From: an uncultured cyanobacterium
Lineage (GTDB): Bacteria; Cyanobacteriota; Cyanobacteriia; Cyanobacteriales; CAWUOF01
NCBI GenBank assembly: GCA_963744145.1
Contig: CAVUSO010000001.1
Location: 4,448,001 to 4,512,000, forward strand
Direction of reading: 5' to 3'
DNA: 64,000 nucleotides
The notes below the pieces were generated by a model. That model had not been told where the DNA came from, ran no database searches, and saw only the letters and a program-made list of their open reading frames with translations. This document shows positions 45,600 to 55,923 of the stretch, in pieces; positions within the stretch are counted from its first letter, which is position 1, and every line of letters begins with the position of its first letter. The position numbers and the translations under genes are program-made.

Positions 45600-45776
45600 T
45601 CAATCTACCGGAGGAATTGCCAAATCTGTACCTGGATAAAGTTCGTCTGGATTCGTCCCGATCGCCTCACGATTCGCTTCATAAATCTGGCTCCATTTAT
45701 TACCATCACCATATAAATTTTCAGCAATCGACCATAAGGAATCGCCTTCTTGGACTGTATAGATTTGTTCGGTCAT
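45600..45776 (-). CDS. Stand-alone LysM domain protein (58 aa, absent from the ORF track)
   Basis: MTEQIYTVQEGDSLWSIAENLYGDGNKWSQIYEANREAIGTNPDELYPGTDLAIPPVD; AGGAG ribosome binding site. Confidence 0.88.
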   Translation of the reverse strand: MTEQIYTVQEGDSLWSIAENLYGDGNKWSQIYEANREAIGTNPDELYPGTDLAIPPVD

Positions 45777-45931
45777 AAAGCTCCTGGTTAAATTTTTTGG
45801 GTAGGATCAGAGAAACTAATTTCCTTAGCTAGTAGGAAATATCTATATTACAACCTAAATCTAGCTAGATGTCTAGAGGAGCCAAAATTATCTAAGCCCC
45901 GCTAAGACAACGCACAAAACTAATCAATCAT

Positions 45932-46477
45932 TTAGCGGCAGTTTAAGGTATCATGGGTTTTTCGTTTGGTCTGGGGATTAGTTCCTTGGGCAATTTGACA
46001 CAGCATTGCTTGAGCATCCTCTCGCAATAAAATATCGGTAAAATCAGCCCCATCAATCACGACCCCTTTAAATTTAGTATTAAAGGCAAAAGCGCCTTCT
46101 AAAATAGCATTAGTTAAATTAGCTTGGGTAAAATTAGCTGTATCTAGGGTAGCTTCTCGCAAATTCGCCCCCTCAAAATTGGCAGATTTCAGATTAGCAC
46201 CAAAAAAACTAACTCCCTGTAAATTTGCATTACTGAAATTACTATTGCGTAGATTAGCTTTAGTAAAGCTAGAATCAGTTAAATCACGACCCGAAAAATC
46301 TTGATTGGTCAGAGTTTGCTGATTATAGTCTGCTGCTAGAATTCCAGTCGCGATCGCTCCCCAGCTCATACTGAAAACTACTAACCCTAACATTAAACTA
46401 AATGCAACCGTCGCCAGCCGCTGGCAAAGTTTACAATTCATCATGATTGACCTTCCATGCTCAGTAATACTTCCCAT
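45932..46477 (-). CDS. Pentapeptide repeat protein (exported)
   Basis: A(N/D)L/F pentapeptide repeats after a signal-like helix; the true start is probably ATG 46444. Confidence 0.9.
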   Translation of the reverse strand: MGSITEHGRSIMMNCKLCQRLATVAFSLMLGLVVFSMSWGAIATGILAADYNQQTLTNQDFSGRDLTDSSFTKANLRNSNFSNANLQGVSFFGANLKSANFEGANLREATLDTANFTQANLTNAILEGAFAFNTKFKGVVIDGADFTDILLREDAQAMLCQIAQGTNPQTKRKTHDTLNCR

Positions 46478-46933
46478 TATCCCGATCTTGGTACATTAGG
46501 AGAAGAATTAGTTGCCCAATGGTTACAGACCGAAGGTTGGGTCATTCTCTATCGTCGTTGGTCTTGTCGTTGGGGTGAATTAGATCTAATTGCCCGTTCT
46601 TTGACTAATCAATTAATTTTTGTCGAAGTCAAAACCCGTAGTCGGGGAAATTGGGACGCAGATGGTCTATTGGCAATTACCGCAAAAAAACAAGCAAAAT
46701 TGTGGAAAACGGCGGAATTTTTTTTACTTAAACACCCACATTTAGCCAATTTATCTTGTCGCTTTGATGTTGCTTTAGTTTGCTCTCAAAGCTTACCAAA
46801 AAAACACCTTCCTACCGAGCATCCGTCACCAGAACACCTACCTTCCTCCATCAAATTGGGTCAAGCGATCGCGATCTATGGCTATCGACTCATGCTGAAA
46901 CAATATATTCCGTCAGCTTTTGAGCATAGTTGA
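46457..46933 (+). CDS. yraN: YraN family (UPF0102) nuclease-like protein
   Basis: GELDLIA, FVEVKTRS and CRFDVA motifs. Confidence 0.9.
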   Translation: MLSNTSHYPDLGTLGEELVAQWLQTEGWVILYRRWSCRWGELDLIARSLTNQLIFVEVKTRSRGNWDADGLLAITAKKQAKLWKTAEFFLLKHPHLANLSCRFDVALVCSQSLPKKHLPTEHPSPEHLPSSIKLGQAIAIYGYRLMLKQYIPSAFEHS

Positions 46934-47042
46934 ACTTAGATGCGATCGCTGTTTTACATCAGTAGGGTCATCCCCATATGCCCCTGCTATTTTCAGGAAC
47001 TTGACATATAGCTGATCGGAATAGCTATAGGAGCAGATTGGG

Positions 47043-47432
47043 TTAAGTAAGAGTTTCGGGACAGTAGCCTAACCCTTTGACAAAATGTTGTCGAAATGAT
47101 TCAATTTCAGTGCGATCGGGCATACCATGAGAAACAACAGCAACTTGATAGCGACGCATAACTTCAATGGTGGATTGTCCAATCTCCAGACTCCACAGAG
47201 CCATTTGGACCCGGACTTCTGGATGATAGGGAATTCCTAACTCATTTAGAAAAGCGCGAAAATCTCCTTTTTGTTGAGGAGTAATGGAATGACTCAATTT
47301 GACTCTGACGATCCAACCATCAATTTGATGGATCAGAGTCACAAAAGAAACTTGGAGCTGGCGATTAGCACGCAGATACTCAACTATTCTTAAAGTTAGG
47401 CTAGCATTAGACAAAAAATACAGGTATTGCAT
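47043..47432 (-). CDS. Conserved cyanobacterial hypothetical protein
   Basis: YLYFLSNASLTLR...GLGYCPETL; ATG 47432 preferred as start. Confidence 0.7.
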   Translation of the reverse strand: MQYLYFLSNASLTLRIVEYLRANRQLQVSFVTLIHQIDGWIVRVKLSHSITPQQKGDFRAFLNELGIPYHPEVRVQMALWSLEIGQSTIEVMRRYQVAVVSHGMPDRTEIESFRQHFVKGLGYCPETLT

Positions 47433-47648
47433 ATCAGTTCCTTCAGGGCAAGCAGATCCTATAAGTATATAGTTCCCATTCTTTAATAGAACTAAACCTA
47501 TACTCCGCACCGATTAAGGCAAATTTTCTGATTTTAGATTCTCGCAAATTATCGCCTTAACAATCGTGAAAATACATAAATCTAGGATAAACTTTTTATA
47601 CACTTAAATGATCACAATTATTGATTGTAACAAATAATTATTAAATTA

Positions 47649-48821
47649 ATGATGCAGGTACTATCATCAGCTGATCCAGATGTCCAATCATCTTCTATTT
47701 CTACTCTAGAGCCAGATCACTGTTTGAGTAGTTATGACTATGAACTTCCCACAGCATTAATCGCGCAAAATCCTGCTGTACCTAGGGATACTTCCCGTTT
47801 ATTAGTAGTCAATTCAGCCCAATCAGAATACCAGCACTCAATTTTTCGTCATCTTCCGGATTTCCTGTCATCAGGAGATTTATTGGTCTTAAATAATACT
47901 CGTGTGATCCCAGCGAGAATGTATGGTCACAAAACCAGTGGTGCGACTGTCGAAGTTTTGCTGTTAGAAGAACAACAGCAAGATATCTGGTTAAGTTTGG
48001 TCAAACCAGGAAAACGTCTACCAGTAGGAGCAGAGATCATCTTTGACCTAATTCCAGAAGTCCAATCACTCTCTTGTGAAGCTAACCTCATTCAAACCAC
48101 CCCAAATAACCAAATTTTTCTCCGTGCTAAGGTAATTGCTCATCACGAACCTACTGGTGGACGTATCCTGGAATTTAGCACTCCCGAAGGATTATCTGTA
48201 CATCAGTTATTAGAAAAATTTGGTTACCTGCCCTTACCCCCTTATATTACTCAGTCAGTTGCTGATCCAGAACAATATCAAACTGTTTATGGCATAAATC
48301 CGGGATCGGTAGCAGCACCAACTGCGGGATTGCATTTTACTAATGAATTACTTCATCGATTGCAAGAACAGGGGATTAATCAAGCTTTTGTCACTCTGAA
48401 TGTGGGGTTAGGTACATTTCGACCGGTGGAAGTTACAGATATTACTACTCATCATATTCATCATGAATGGGTCGAAGTACCAAAAGAAACAGTGACAAAA
48501 ATTCAAGAAACTAAAGCTAAGGGAGGTCGGATTATCGCAGTAGGAACAACTGTAGTGCGTTCTTTAGAAAGTGCTGCGGTTAGTGGAGAATTACAGCCTT
48601 TTTATGGTCAAACCAATTTGTTTATTTATCCCGGTTATCAATGGCAAGTGGTCGAGGGAATGATTACTAATTTTCATCTCCCTAAGTCAAGTCTTTTGAT
48701 GTTAGTTAGTGCTTTAATTGGCAGAGAAAGATTAATGCAATTATATCAAATAGCGATCGCTGAACAATATCGTTTTTATTCTTTTGGTGATGCGATGTTA
48801 ATTATAGGTAATCGGTCATAG
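47649..48821 (+). CDS. queA: S-adenosylmethionine:tRNA ribosyltransferase-isomerase
   Basis: NNTRVIPAR, PLPPYI, AAPTAGLHF and YRFYSFGDAM motifs. Confidence 0.97.
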   Translation: MMQVLSSADPDVQSSSISTLEPDHCLSSYDYELPTALIAQNPAVPRDTSRLLVVNSAQSEYQHSIFRHLPDFLSSGDLLVLNNTRVIPARMYGHKTSGATVEVLLLEEQQQDIWLSLVKPGKRLPVGAEIIFDLIPEVQSLSCEANLIQTTPNNQIFLRAKVIAHHEPTGGRILEFSTPEGLSVHQLLEKFGYLPLPPYITQSVADPEQYQTVYGINPGSVAAPTAGLHFTNELLHRLQEQGINQAFVTLNVGLGTFRPVEVTDITTHHIHHEWVEVPKETVTKIQETKAKGGRIIAVGTTVVRSLESAAVSGELQPFYGQTNLFIYPGYQWQVVEGMITNFHLPKSSLLMLVSALIGRERLMQLYQIAIAEQYRFYSFGDAMLIIGNRS

Positions 48822-48888
48822 ATTAAGTAGTTGGACATAGCATGGAAATAATTAGTTTAGGTATTGAAAAGCCAAGAATTTTAAATAT

Positions 48889-49449
48889 ATGACAAACGTA
48901 CTTCCCCACGCGCTTACCCTAGAAGCATTCCTAAAATTGCCAGAGACTCAACCTGCTAGTGAATTTATTAACGGACAGATTTGCCAAAAATCTATGCCCC
49001 AAGGGAAACATTCGCGTTTACAACTCAAGTTTTGTAACGCTGTCAATCTGATCGCAGAAACTAACAAAATTGCCCTAGCATTTCCCGAATTGCGTTGTAC
49101 TTTTGGTGGAGGTTCTATTGTACCTGATGCTACAGTCTTTGCTTGGGATAGAATCACTTTTGAAGCAGATGGTGAAGTACCTAACACTTTTGAAATTTAT
49201 CCCGACTGGACAGTAGAAATTCTCTCTCCTGACCAGAAAGCAACTAAAGTTATTAGTAATATCTTGCACTGTCTTAAGTATGGAACTCAGCTTGGATGGT
49301 TGATTGATCCAGATGAGCGGTTGATTTTAGGATTTATTCCTGGACAAGAACCAATTGAGTTATTGGGCAAAGATCGTCTACCTGTTCCCAATTTTTTAAC
49401 ATTAAATTTGACGGTTGAGAATGTTTTTGGATGGCTGAAAGTAGTTTAA
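48889..49449 (+). CDS. Uma2 family endonuclease
   Basis: PELRCTF, PDWTVEILSPDQ and GWLIDP motifs. Confidence 0.92.
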   Translation: MTNVLPHALTLEAFLKLPETQPASEFINGQICQKSMPQGKHSRLQLKFCNAVNLIAETNKIALAFPELRCTFGGGSIVPDATVFAWDRITFEADGEVPNTFEIYPDWTVEILSPDQKATKVISNILHCLKYGTQLGWLIDPDERLILGFIPGQEPIELLGKDRLPVPNFLTLNLTVENVFGWLKVV

Positions 49450-49470
49450 ATAACTGGAGACTCCTGATCT

Positions 49471-50325
49471 ATGACAAATTCCACAGCGACCTTACTAATT
49501 TCTTGTCCCGACCAACGTGGATTGGTAGCGAAATTTGCTAACTTCATCTATACTAACGGTGGTAACATTATTCATGCAGACCAGCATACAGATTTTACAG
49601 CTAAATTGTTTCTTACGCGCATAGAATGGCAACTAGATGGTTTTAGTTTACCTCGCGATCTAATTAGTCCAGCATTTAATGCTATTAGTCAACCTTTAGG
49701 AGCTAAATGGGAATTGTATTTTTCTGATAGTATTCCCCGCATAGCTATTTGGGTAAGTCGTCAGGATCATTGTCTGTTTGATTTGATTTGGCGATACCGA
49801 GCACAGGAGTTTAAATGCGAAATTCCTCTGATCATGAGCAACCATCCCGATTTAAAAATTGTGGCGGAGCAATTTAATATCGATTATCACTATATCCCAA
49901 TTACGAAAGAAAATAAACTCCAGCAGGAAGACAAGCAATTAAAAATCCTACAAGAATATCAAATAGACCTGGTAGTTTTAGCAAAATATATGCAAATTAT
50001 TAGTCCCATGTCGATTCAGCAATTCCCCCAAATTATCAATATACATCATTCATTTTTACCAGCTTTCATCGGTGCTAATCCCTATCATCAAGCCTTTAAT
50101 AGAGGTGTAAAAATCATTGGAGCAACCGCACATTATGCTACTGCTGATTTAGATGGTGGACCGATTATTGAACAGGATGTAATTCGAGTCAGCCATCGGG
50201 ATAAAGTGGAAGATTTGGTCAGAAAAGGTAAGGATTTAGAAAGAGTTGTCTTAGCTAGAGCGGTGCGATCGCATTTGCAAAACCGTGTATTAGTTTACGG
50301 GAATAAGACGATAGTATTTGAGTAA
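49471..50325 (+). CDS. purU: Formyltetrahydrofolate deformylase
   Basis: ACT domain CPDQRGLVA; INIHHSFLPAF; GVKIIGATAHY. Confidence 0.96.
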   Translation: MTNSTATLLISCPDQRGLVAKFANFIYTNGGNIIHADQHTDFTAKLFLTRIEWQLDGFSLPRDLISPAFNAISQPLGAKWELYFSDSIPRIAIWVSRQDHCLFDLIWRYRAQEFKCEIPLIMSNHPDLKIVAEQFNIDYHYIPITKENKLQQEDKQLKILQEYQIDLVVLAKYMQIISPMSIQQFPQIINIHHSFLPAFIGANPYHQAFNRGVKIIGATAHYATADLDGGPIIEQDVIRVSHRDKVEDLVRKGKDLERVVLARAVRSHLQNRVLVYGNKTIVFE

Positions 50326-50354
50326 TCCTCAGAGATTGCTCAACTAAATTTAGT

Positions 50355-50808
50355 TATCCCAATTCTGGCAATTATAAACAGATAGTCTATACAGCCTATT
50401 CCAGGTTTATGAAGTTCATCAAGGTGATCTGTGGGGCAGGGCGGGTTCATTAATACCTCGACTGCGCTCGGCACAAGGGTTATTTGTGTGTGGCAAATTC
50501 AACGGTAACCCTACAGAGATTCACCAAAAAATCGATCAGGATTAGAGGATGACAAGATTAACAGGATTTGTAGGGGCAGGTGAATGAATTTATGCTCACA
50601 ATCAACCGGGATTTGTAGGGGCAGGTTCACCAATCAATTCTGCTCCCAACAGATAACTATCATAAACCTGCCCAACCAACACAGATCACTCACAATCTCG
50701 GACAGGCAAGATGCCTGTCCCACCATTCATGCCAAATCTTACTGTACTTCATCAACAGGTCATCTGCTGTATATATCATCAGTAGTGCTAATTGATAAAA
50801 TTGGGATA
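50355..50808. repeat. Nested MITE/REP mosaic with a 24-nt SDR variant (50454-50477)
   Basis: Outer TATCCCAATT...AATTGGGATA IRs; shares a block with 10316-10405, which lacks the 24-nt insert. Confidence 0.75.
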
Positions 50809-50851
50809 ATTAACATGATTAAATTTATTTGAAATCTAATCGGAGTCATCC

Positions 50852-51033
50852 CAATACGGTTCGTTTAAGGATATTTTGGGAGATATCGACGAAAAAGGGT
50901 GAAGCATTCGGGTATAATGTTACCCCCCTTCGACTCCGCCCTTCGACTCCGCTCAGGGAACACTCAGGGTAAAGTTTGAACGTTCAATTATCGCTAAACA
51001 TGCTTCACCCCTACAATTAACCGAACTGTATTG
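50852..51033. mobile_element. MITE with ~17-18-bp TIRs and a 10-bp target-site duplication (Nezha-like)
   Basis: CAATACGGTTCG...CGAACTGTATTG flanked by GGAGTCATCC on both sides (50842-50851 and 51034-51043); double-nested SDR at 50926-50973. Confidence 0.85.
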
Positions 51034-51109
51034 GGAGTCATCCTACTCCCCTTTCCTCTTAGGAGAGGGGTTGGGGGAGAGGTCTTCTGAACCGGATTGA
51101 TTGATCTAA

Positions 51110-52108
51110 TTAACCCGCATTACCGATCGCTAAAGCTGCAACTAACATACCTAACACTAAAAAAGGTTGAGCGCTAGCTTGATATTTAACATCATTTTTG
51201 AGAGGGTCACGTAGGAAATACATATCCTGAAAAATGATTTGGGGGATAATTAACAAAATCAGAATTGCCCCATATAAATTTTGGTGAATACTGATTAAAT
51301 AAGCCGCAATTCCAGATTGAAAAATATCAATCATTCCCACACAAATCCAAGCAGCAGTACCAATTCCAAACATCACTGGTAAAGAATTTAAACCGAGTTG
51401 GCGATCGCCTTCTACACTTTTGAAATCATTAACAATAGCAATCCCTAAACCTGCTAAACTATAGAACAAAGTTAACACAATTATGGTCGGATCTAATTGA
51501 CCAAATAGGGCTTGACCTGCCCACCAAGGTAAGGCAATATAACTAGCACCTAGCGCATAATTACCTAACCAACCATTGCGCTTTAATTTGAGTGGTGGTG
51601 CGGAATAAATGTAAGCGATAAACACTCCAAAAATCGCCACTGCGGTAATCGTCGGAAATTCATGTCCTACCCAAGTATCTAACAGATAAGCTAATCCCAA
51701 TCCTGAGATTAATAAGACTAAAATTTGCGTCACTACTTGGGGAACAGTAATCAATCCAGATGGAATCGGACGGTAAGGTTCATTAATAGCATCTATTTCG
51801 CGATCGTAAAAATCATTTAAGGTTTGAGTATAACCTGCTAATAATGGTCCTGATAACAACATACAGGTAGCAGACATTAACACATTTTCTAAAGTCCAAG
51901 TAAAATTACCTGATGCAGCAGCACCACAAACCACACCCCAAATTAAGGGAATCCAGGTAATCGGTTTCATCAATTGTAGACGAATTTTCCAAATCGATGT
52001 TTCTTTAACATCCGCACCTTTCATACCTAACAATTGTCTAGCTTTAGCACTGCGATTATCAGTGACTTCATTAGGAGTTGAATTGGAAGAAGGAAGAGGA
52101 TTAGACAT
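51110..52108 (-). CDS. chlG: Chlorophyll synthase
   Basis: RLQLMKPITWIPLIWG, NDFYDREIDAINEPYRPIPSG and NDFKSVEGD motifs. Confidence 0.98.
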   Translation of the reverse strand: MSNPLPSSNSTPNEVTDNRSAKARQLLGMKGADVKETSIWKIRLQLMKPITWIPLIWGVVCGAAASGNFTWTLENVLMSATCMLLSGPLLAGYTQTLNDFYDREIDAINEPYRPIPSGLITVPQVVTQILVLLISGLGLAYLLDTWVGHEFPTITAVAIFGVFIAYIYSAPPLKLKRNGWLGNYALGASYIALPWWAGQALFGQLDPTIIVLTLFYSLAGLGIAIVNDFKSVEGDRQLGLNSLPVMFGIGTAAWICVGMIDIFQSGIAAYLISIHQNLYGAILILLIIPQIIFQDMYFLRDPLKNDVKYQASAQPFLVLGMLVAALAIGNAG

Positions 52109-52152
52109 AATGATGAATTACTTATTTACTAATTGCCTGATCAAAACCATGA

Positions 52153-53247
52153 CTAAAGTGAAATAATCAGATAACTATTCTGAAATTTAGCTCCCTTAAT
52201 TTGTTGACCCATAAGTGACGCTGGGAGAGAAATATTGCGTCGCTGATCACCAGCTTCCACAGTTAATTCTGGACCATATTGAGTTAATTTCACCTGCTTT
52301 TTATCAAAAGTTGGCAAAAATAAAATTACCTCACGTTCAGCCAGATTAATAGTAATCGGTTTTGGTGCTTGCTCCGTTTTGCTAAAATCTGGTAAAGCTG
52401 CTATTAAAGATTCCCAATTCTGGTCTCTCCAAGTGGGAACAGCACTAACCTGAAGAGGAGTAAACTCAGACTCTAAAGATGTACTGGAATCAGATTGATT
52501 AACAATAACACCAGCAATCGTTAATCCTACCTGTTGAGAACTACCCCACAAATAGCGTGCTGTCGCGATCGCCACCGGATCGGGAGTGGTGACTAAATAA
52601 CCTGCAACTCGTTTAGGATCAGCGATCGCTGTTTTTGCTTGTTCTAGTAACTGATCAAACTGATTACGTGGTTGAGTAAAATTATCACTTGACCAATCAA
52701 CATTTAGAACTACGCTGGTCACAGGTTGAACAAAGGGAGCGAGATTTTTTCCTAGTTCAGACTCACCAAAAACTTGACTAAAGCGACGGATATACCAACT
52801 GAGAATTTCTGCACCACCTAACATCCGCAGGGTTTCTTGACTATGAGCAGCATCGTACACAATTACATCATAATTGCCATCATTTTCATATTGACGAATC
52901 GCATTGATTGCTCCCAGACTATCCATTCCGGGTAAAATCCCCAATTCTTGACCAAAAACCTTTTTAAAAAAGGGGGTTTTGACGTATTGTGCCTCGAATT
53001 TTTTTAATTCTTCCCAAGCACGTTCCAACAGTACCGTTGTCTGCAATTGGACTGTGGTCAAATTTGGACTAATCATTTGTGGATCAGGTCCAACAGTAGT
53101 CCCCAGAATTACCCCGAGAGCTGGACTAGGATCTTGACTAGCAAGTAAAACTCGCTGACCTTGACTAGCAAACAATTTAGCGGTCGCGATCGCCACAGTG
53201 GTTTTGCCAGTACCGCCTTTACCCAAAAAGGTTATATTTAAGACCAT
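52153..53247 (-). CDS. ArsA/Get3-like ATPase with C-terminal alpha-crystallin-like domain
   Basis: GKGGTGKTT; KLTQYGPELTVEAGDQRRNI. Confidence 0.88.
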   Translation of the reverse strand: MVLNITFLGKGGTGKTTVAIATAKLFASQGQRVLLASQDPSPALGVILGTTVGPDPQMISPNLTTVQLQTTVLLERAWEELKKFEAQYVKTPFFKKVFGQELGILPGMDSLGAINAIRQYENDGNYDVIVYDAAHSQETLRMLGGAEILSWYIRRFSQVFGESELGKNLAPFVQPVTSVVLNVDWSSDNFTQPRNQFDQLLEQAKTAIADPKRVAGYLVTTPDPVAIATARYLWGSSQQVGLTIAGVIVNQSDSSTSLESEFTPLQVSAVPTWRDQNWESLIAALPDFSKTEQAPKPITINLAEREVILFLPTFDKKQVKLTQYGPELTVEAGDQRRNISLPASLMGQQIKGAKFQNSYLIISL

Positions 53248-53388
53248 GCACTACTTCTCTTGTTTTCCCATTGTGAATATTCGGTTTGGTAGAAATGGGT
53301 GAACTTCACGGATCAGAATTCCGTTACCAGAGCGGTTGACCGGATATCCGTGGTTAGTTCGTCCCATTAGCACTCAGTGATAGCGTTC

Positions 53389-53589
53389 CTAGCGGACTGC
53401 TTCTAGTTCTTCAGCAAAAAACCAGGTGGCAAATTTGTCATCAAATTGAACAACAAAGCCCACTCCACTACCATCAACCATTTTGAAGTCGCGGATCACG
53501 CCAGTTTGACCCTTTCTTTGACGAACAATAACAGATATCTGTCCTGCTCCAGGTTCACGTACTTTTACTTTTTGACCAATTTCCATCAT
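53389..53589 (-). CDS. petP: Cytochrome b6f-associated PetP (DUF2862)
   Basis: MEIGQKVKV...FKMVDGSGVG..V.FDD..ATWFF; upstream of ArsA-like gene and chlG. Confidence 0.82.
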   Translation of the reverse strand: MMEIGQKVKVREPGAGQISVIVRQRKGQTGVIRDFKMVDGSGVGFVVQFDDKFATWFFAEELEAVR

Positions 53590-53785
53590 TACACCAATTC
53601 ATTTAACCAATCAATAGTTTATCAGTGGTCTGCCTATCCTTATCAATAGACAAGAAAGCAAAAGTCAAAAATATTTGTTTGTAGTAAGGGGTGTCTTCCC
53701 TCAAGTATTGACCATGATTGGGACTCTCATTCCCTACTACAAACGGTCCTGGATGTTTTCACCCCATCCATCTGTCGAAAATATC

Positions 53786-54610
53786 CTAAGTTTCTAAATC
53801 AATTCCTAATGCTTTAGCGCGATCGCGTAACATTTCTATTTGTTTACGTTCTGCTGCTAATTGAGTAAGAACTCGTTCTTTTTCTTGTTGTTCTTGTTGG
53901 AAATTAGCTTCAGCGCGATCGGCGCGAATTTTTTCTTGTTCAGCTCGGAGTTTTTCTTGTTCAGCTTTTTCTGTACCCAATAAGATTAAATTTTTTTCTC
54001 GATCATAAAATCTGATCCAAGTTCCTTCTTCTTGCAAAATTCTTCCTGTCCATTTTCCTAACCATAATCCCAAAGTTTTACACCATAACCATCCTTGATT
54101 GTCTGGAACTAGGTCTTGGTATTTCCGATCTTCTCCTAAAGTCCATCCTTTTAGGGAATTTTCATCAAACGGATCATAGATAATATAATCCTGAGTCCGA
54201 AACGTCTGTTCGTAGATTTTCTTCTTTTCTCCTTTGTCTATTTTCGCAGTAGTCGGAGACATTAATTCCACAATGATATCGGGATAACGTCCTTCTTCTT
54301 CCCACACTACCCATCCTTGACGTTGTTTGTCTCCATCCACATCTAAAACTGCAAAAAAATCTGGTTCGCGAAAATCTTGGGTGCGGACTTGTTTGCTGCT
54401 ATAATACAGAAACATATTTCCACCAGCAAAAAAATCTTTTCTACCTTGATTAGCTTGATAGATAGCTTCAATCAAAGCATTCATAGCAATGCGATGTCGA
54501 TTACTTTCCAAGGGTTCTCCATCATCAAAAATTAAATCAGTAGGAGGTAAGGGTGGTGTCCATTGCGACGCTGCTTCACTTATTTGCTCTGGGATCAGAT
54601 TAGTGGACAT
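53786..54610 (-). CDS. Uma2 family endonuclease (close paralogue of 277-1185)
   Basis: Shares WTPPLPPTDLIFDDGEPLESNRHRIAMN and RDRAKALGI. Confidence 0.9.
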   Translation of the reverse strand: MSTNLIPEQISEAASQWTPPLPPTDLIFDDGEPLESNRHRIAMNALIEAIYQANQGRKDFFAGGNMFLYYSSKQVRTQDFREPDFFAVLDVDGDKQRQGWVVWEEEGRYPDIIVELMSPTTAKIDKGEKKKIYEQTFRTQDYIIYDPFDENSLKGWTLGEDRKYQDLVPDNQGWLWCKTLGLWLGKWTGRILQEEGTWIRFYDREKNLILLGTEKAEQEKLRAEQEKIRADRAEANFQQEQQEKERVLTQLAAERKQIEMLRDRAKALGIDLET

Positions 54611-54764
54611 AGATCTATCCTTTGGCTCGGATTTCTCTGATTATACATGATTGGGGCTGAGTTTGACTATTTAGGCAACTTGCGATCGCCATCTATTAAT
54701 TAAAAAGACTAAATGCGGTAAAAATTAAGAATTGAATCTTGGTTTTGTTTGTAGGAAACTGACA

Positions 54765-55535
54765 ATGTTAGCTAAACGGATTTTACCTTGTCTAGATGTG
54801 AAAGCTGGACGGGTGGTGAAAGGGGTAAATTTTGTCAATCTTCAGGATGCTGGTGATCCCGTAGAATTGGCTCAAGTTTATAATGATGCTGGTGCTGATG
54901 AATTGGTGTTTCTCGATATTACAGCTACTCACGAGGATCGAGATATTATTATTGATGTGGTTTACCGGACTGCCGAACGGGTGTTTATTCCCATGACTGT
55001 GGGGGGTGGAATTCAAAACTTAGAAACAATTAAAAGATTGTTACGTGCTGGGGCTGATAAAATTAGCATTAATTCCTCCGCAGTTCGTGACCCAGATTTA
55101 ATTAATCGGGCTAGCGATCGCTTTGGAAATCAATGTATTGTGGTCGCGATCGATGCTCGTCGTCGTCTTGATCCACTCCTCCCAGGTTGGGATCTGTATG
55201 TGAGGGGAGGAAGGGAAAATACTGGTAAAGATGCGATCGCTTGGGCTAAAGAAGCCGCCCAACGAGGGGCTGGAGAACTGTTAATTACCAGTATGGATGC
55301 AGATGGAACTCAAGCTGGGTATGACTTAGAACTGACCAGAGCGATCGCCCAAAGTGTAGAAATTCCGGTCATTGCTTCTGGTGGAGCTGGTAATTGTGAT
55401 CATATCTACCAAGCTTTAACCGATGGTAAAGCTGAAGCTGCTCTCCTCGCATCCCTTTTACACTATGGACAGTTAAGCGTTACTGAAATTAAACATTATT
55501 TACGCGATCGCCAAATTCCCGTCCGACTCCTTTAG
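54765..55535 (+). CDS. hisF: Imidazole glycerol phosphate synthase subunit HisF
   Basis: [24 protein letters not shown] and SMDADGT motifs. Confidence 0.97.
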   Translation: MLAKRILPCLDVKAGRVVKGVNFVNLQDAGDPVELAQVYNDAGADELVFLDITATHEDRDIIIDVVYRTAERVFIPMTVGGGIQNLETIKRLLRAGADKISINSSAVRDPDLINRASDRFGNQCIVVAIDARRRLDPLLPGWDLYVRGGRENTGKDAIAWAKEAAQRGAGELLITSMDADGTQAGYDLELTRAIAQSVEIPVIASGGAGNCDHIYQALTDGKAEAALLASLLHYGQLSVTEIKHYLRDRQIPVRLL

Positions 55536-55576
55536 GTGATCTTGTGGGACTGACAGGCAAGATGCCTGTCCTACAA

Positions 55577-55852
55577 TACAAAAAACTCTTGTGGGACAGG
55601 CATCTTGCCTGTCCTATTTATTTTTGCCAGAAATCTATTTCCTTAATCTGAAATAAAGAAATTTTCCTTACAAAAAACTCTTGTGGGACAGGCATCTTGC
55701 CTGTCCTATTTATTTTTGCCAGAAATCTATTTCCTTAATCTGAAATAAAGAAATTTTCCTTACAAAAAACTCTTGTGGGACAGGCATCTTGCCTGTCCTA
55801 TTTATTTTTGCCAGAAATCTATTTCCTTAATCTGAAATAAAGAAATTTTCCT
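55577..55852. repeat. Three tandem 92-bp copies of a MITE/REP end plus flank
   Basis: Units start at 55577, 55669 and 55761 and appear identical. Confidence 0.9.
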
Positions 55853-55923
55853 TAAGATTTATCCGATTTTTCCTTACAGCTTGTTACGATATGTAAACGG
55901 ATCACATTAATATAAGTAAATTT

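Noticed and set aside
45507..45716. 69-aa plus-strand ORF
   Set aside because: It is the antisense shadow of the LysM gene; other short ORFs overlapping long genes were dismissed for the same reason.
55577..55852. Possible mini CRISPR array
   Set aside because: The intervening sequences are identical and the hairpin belongs to a dispersed REP family.
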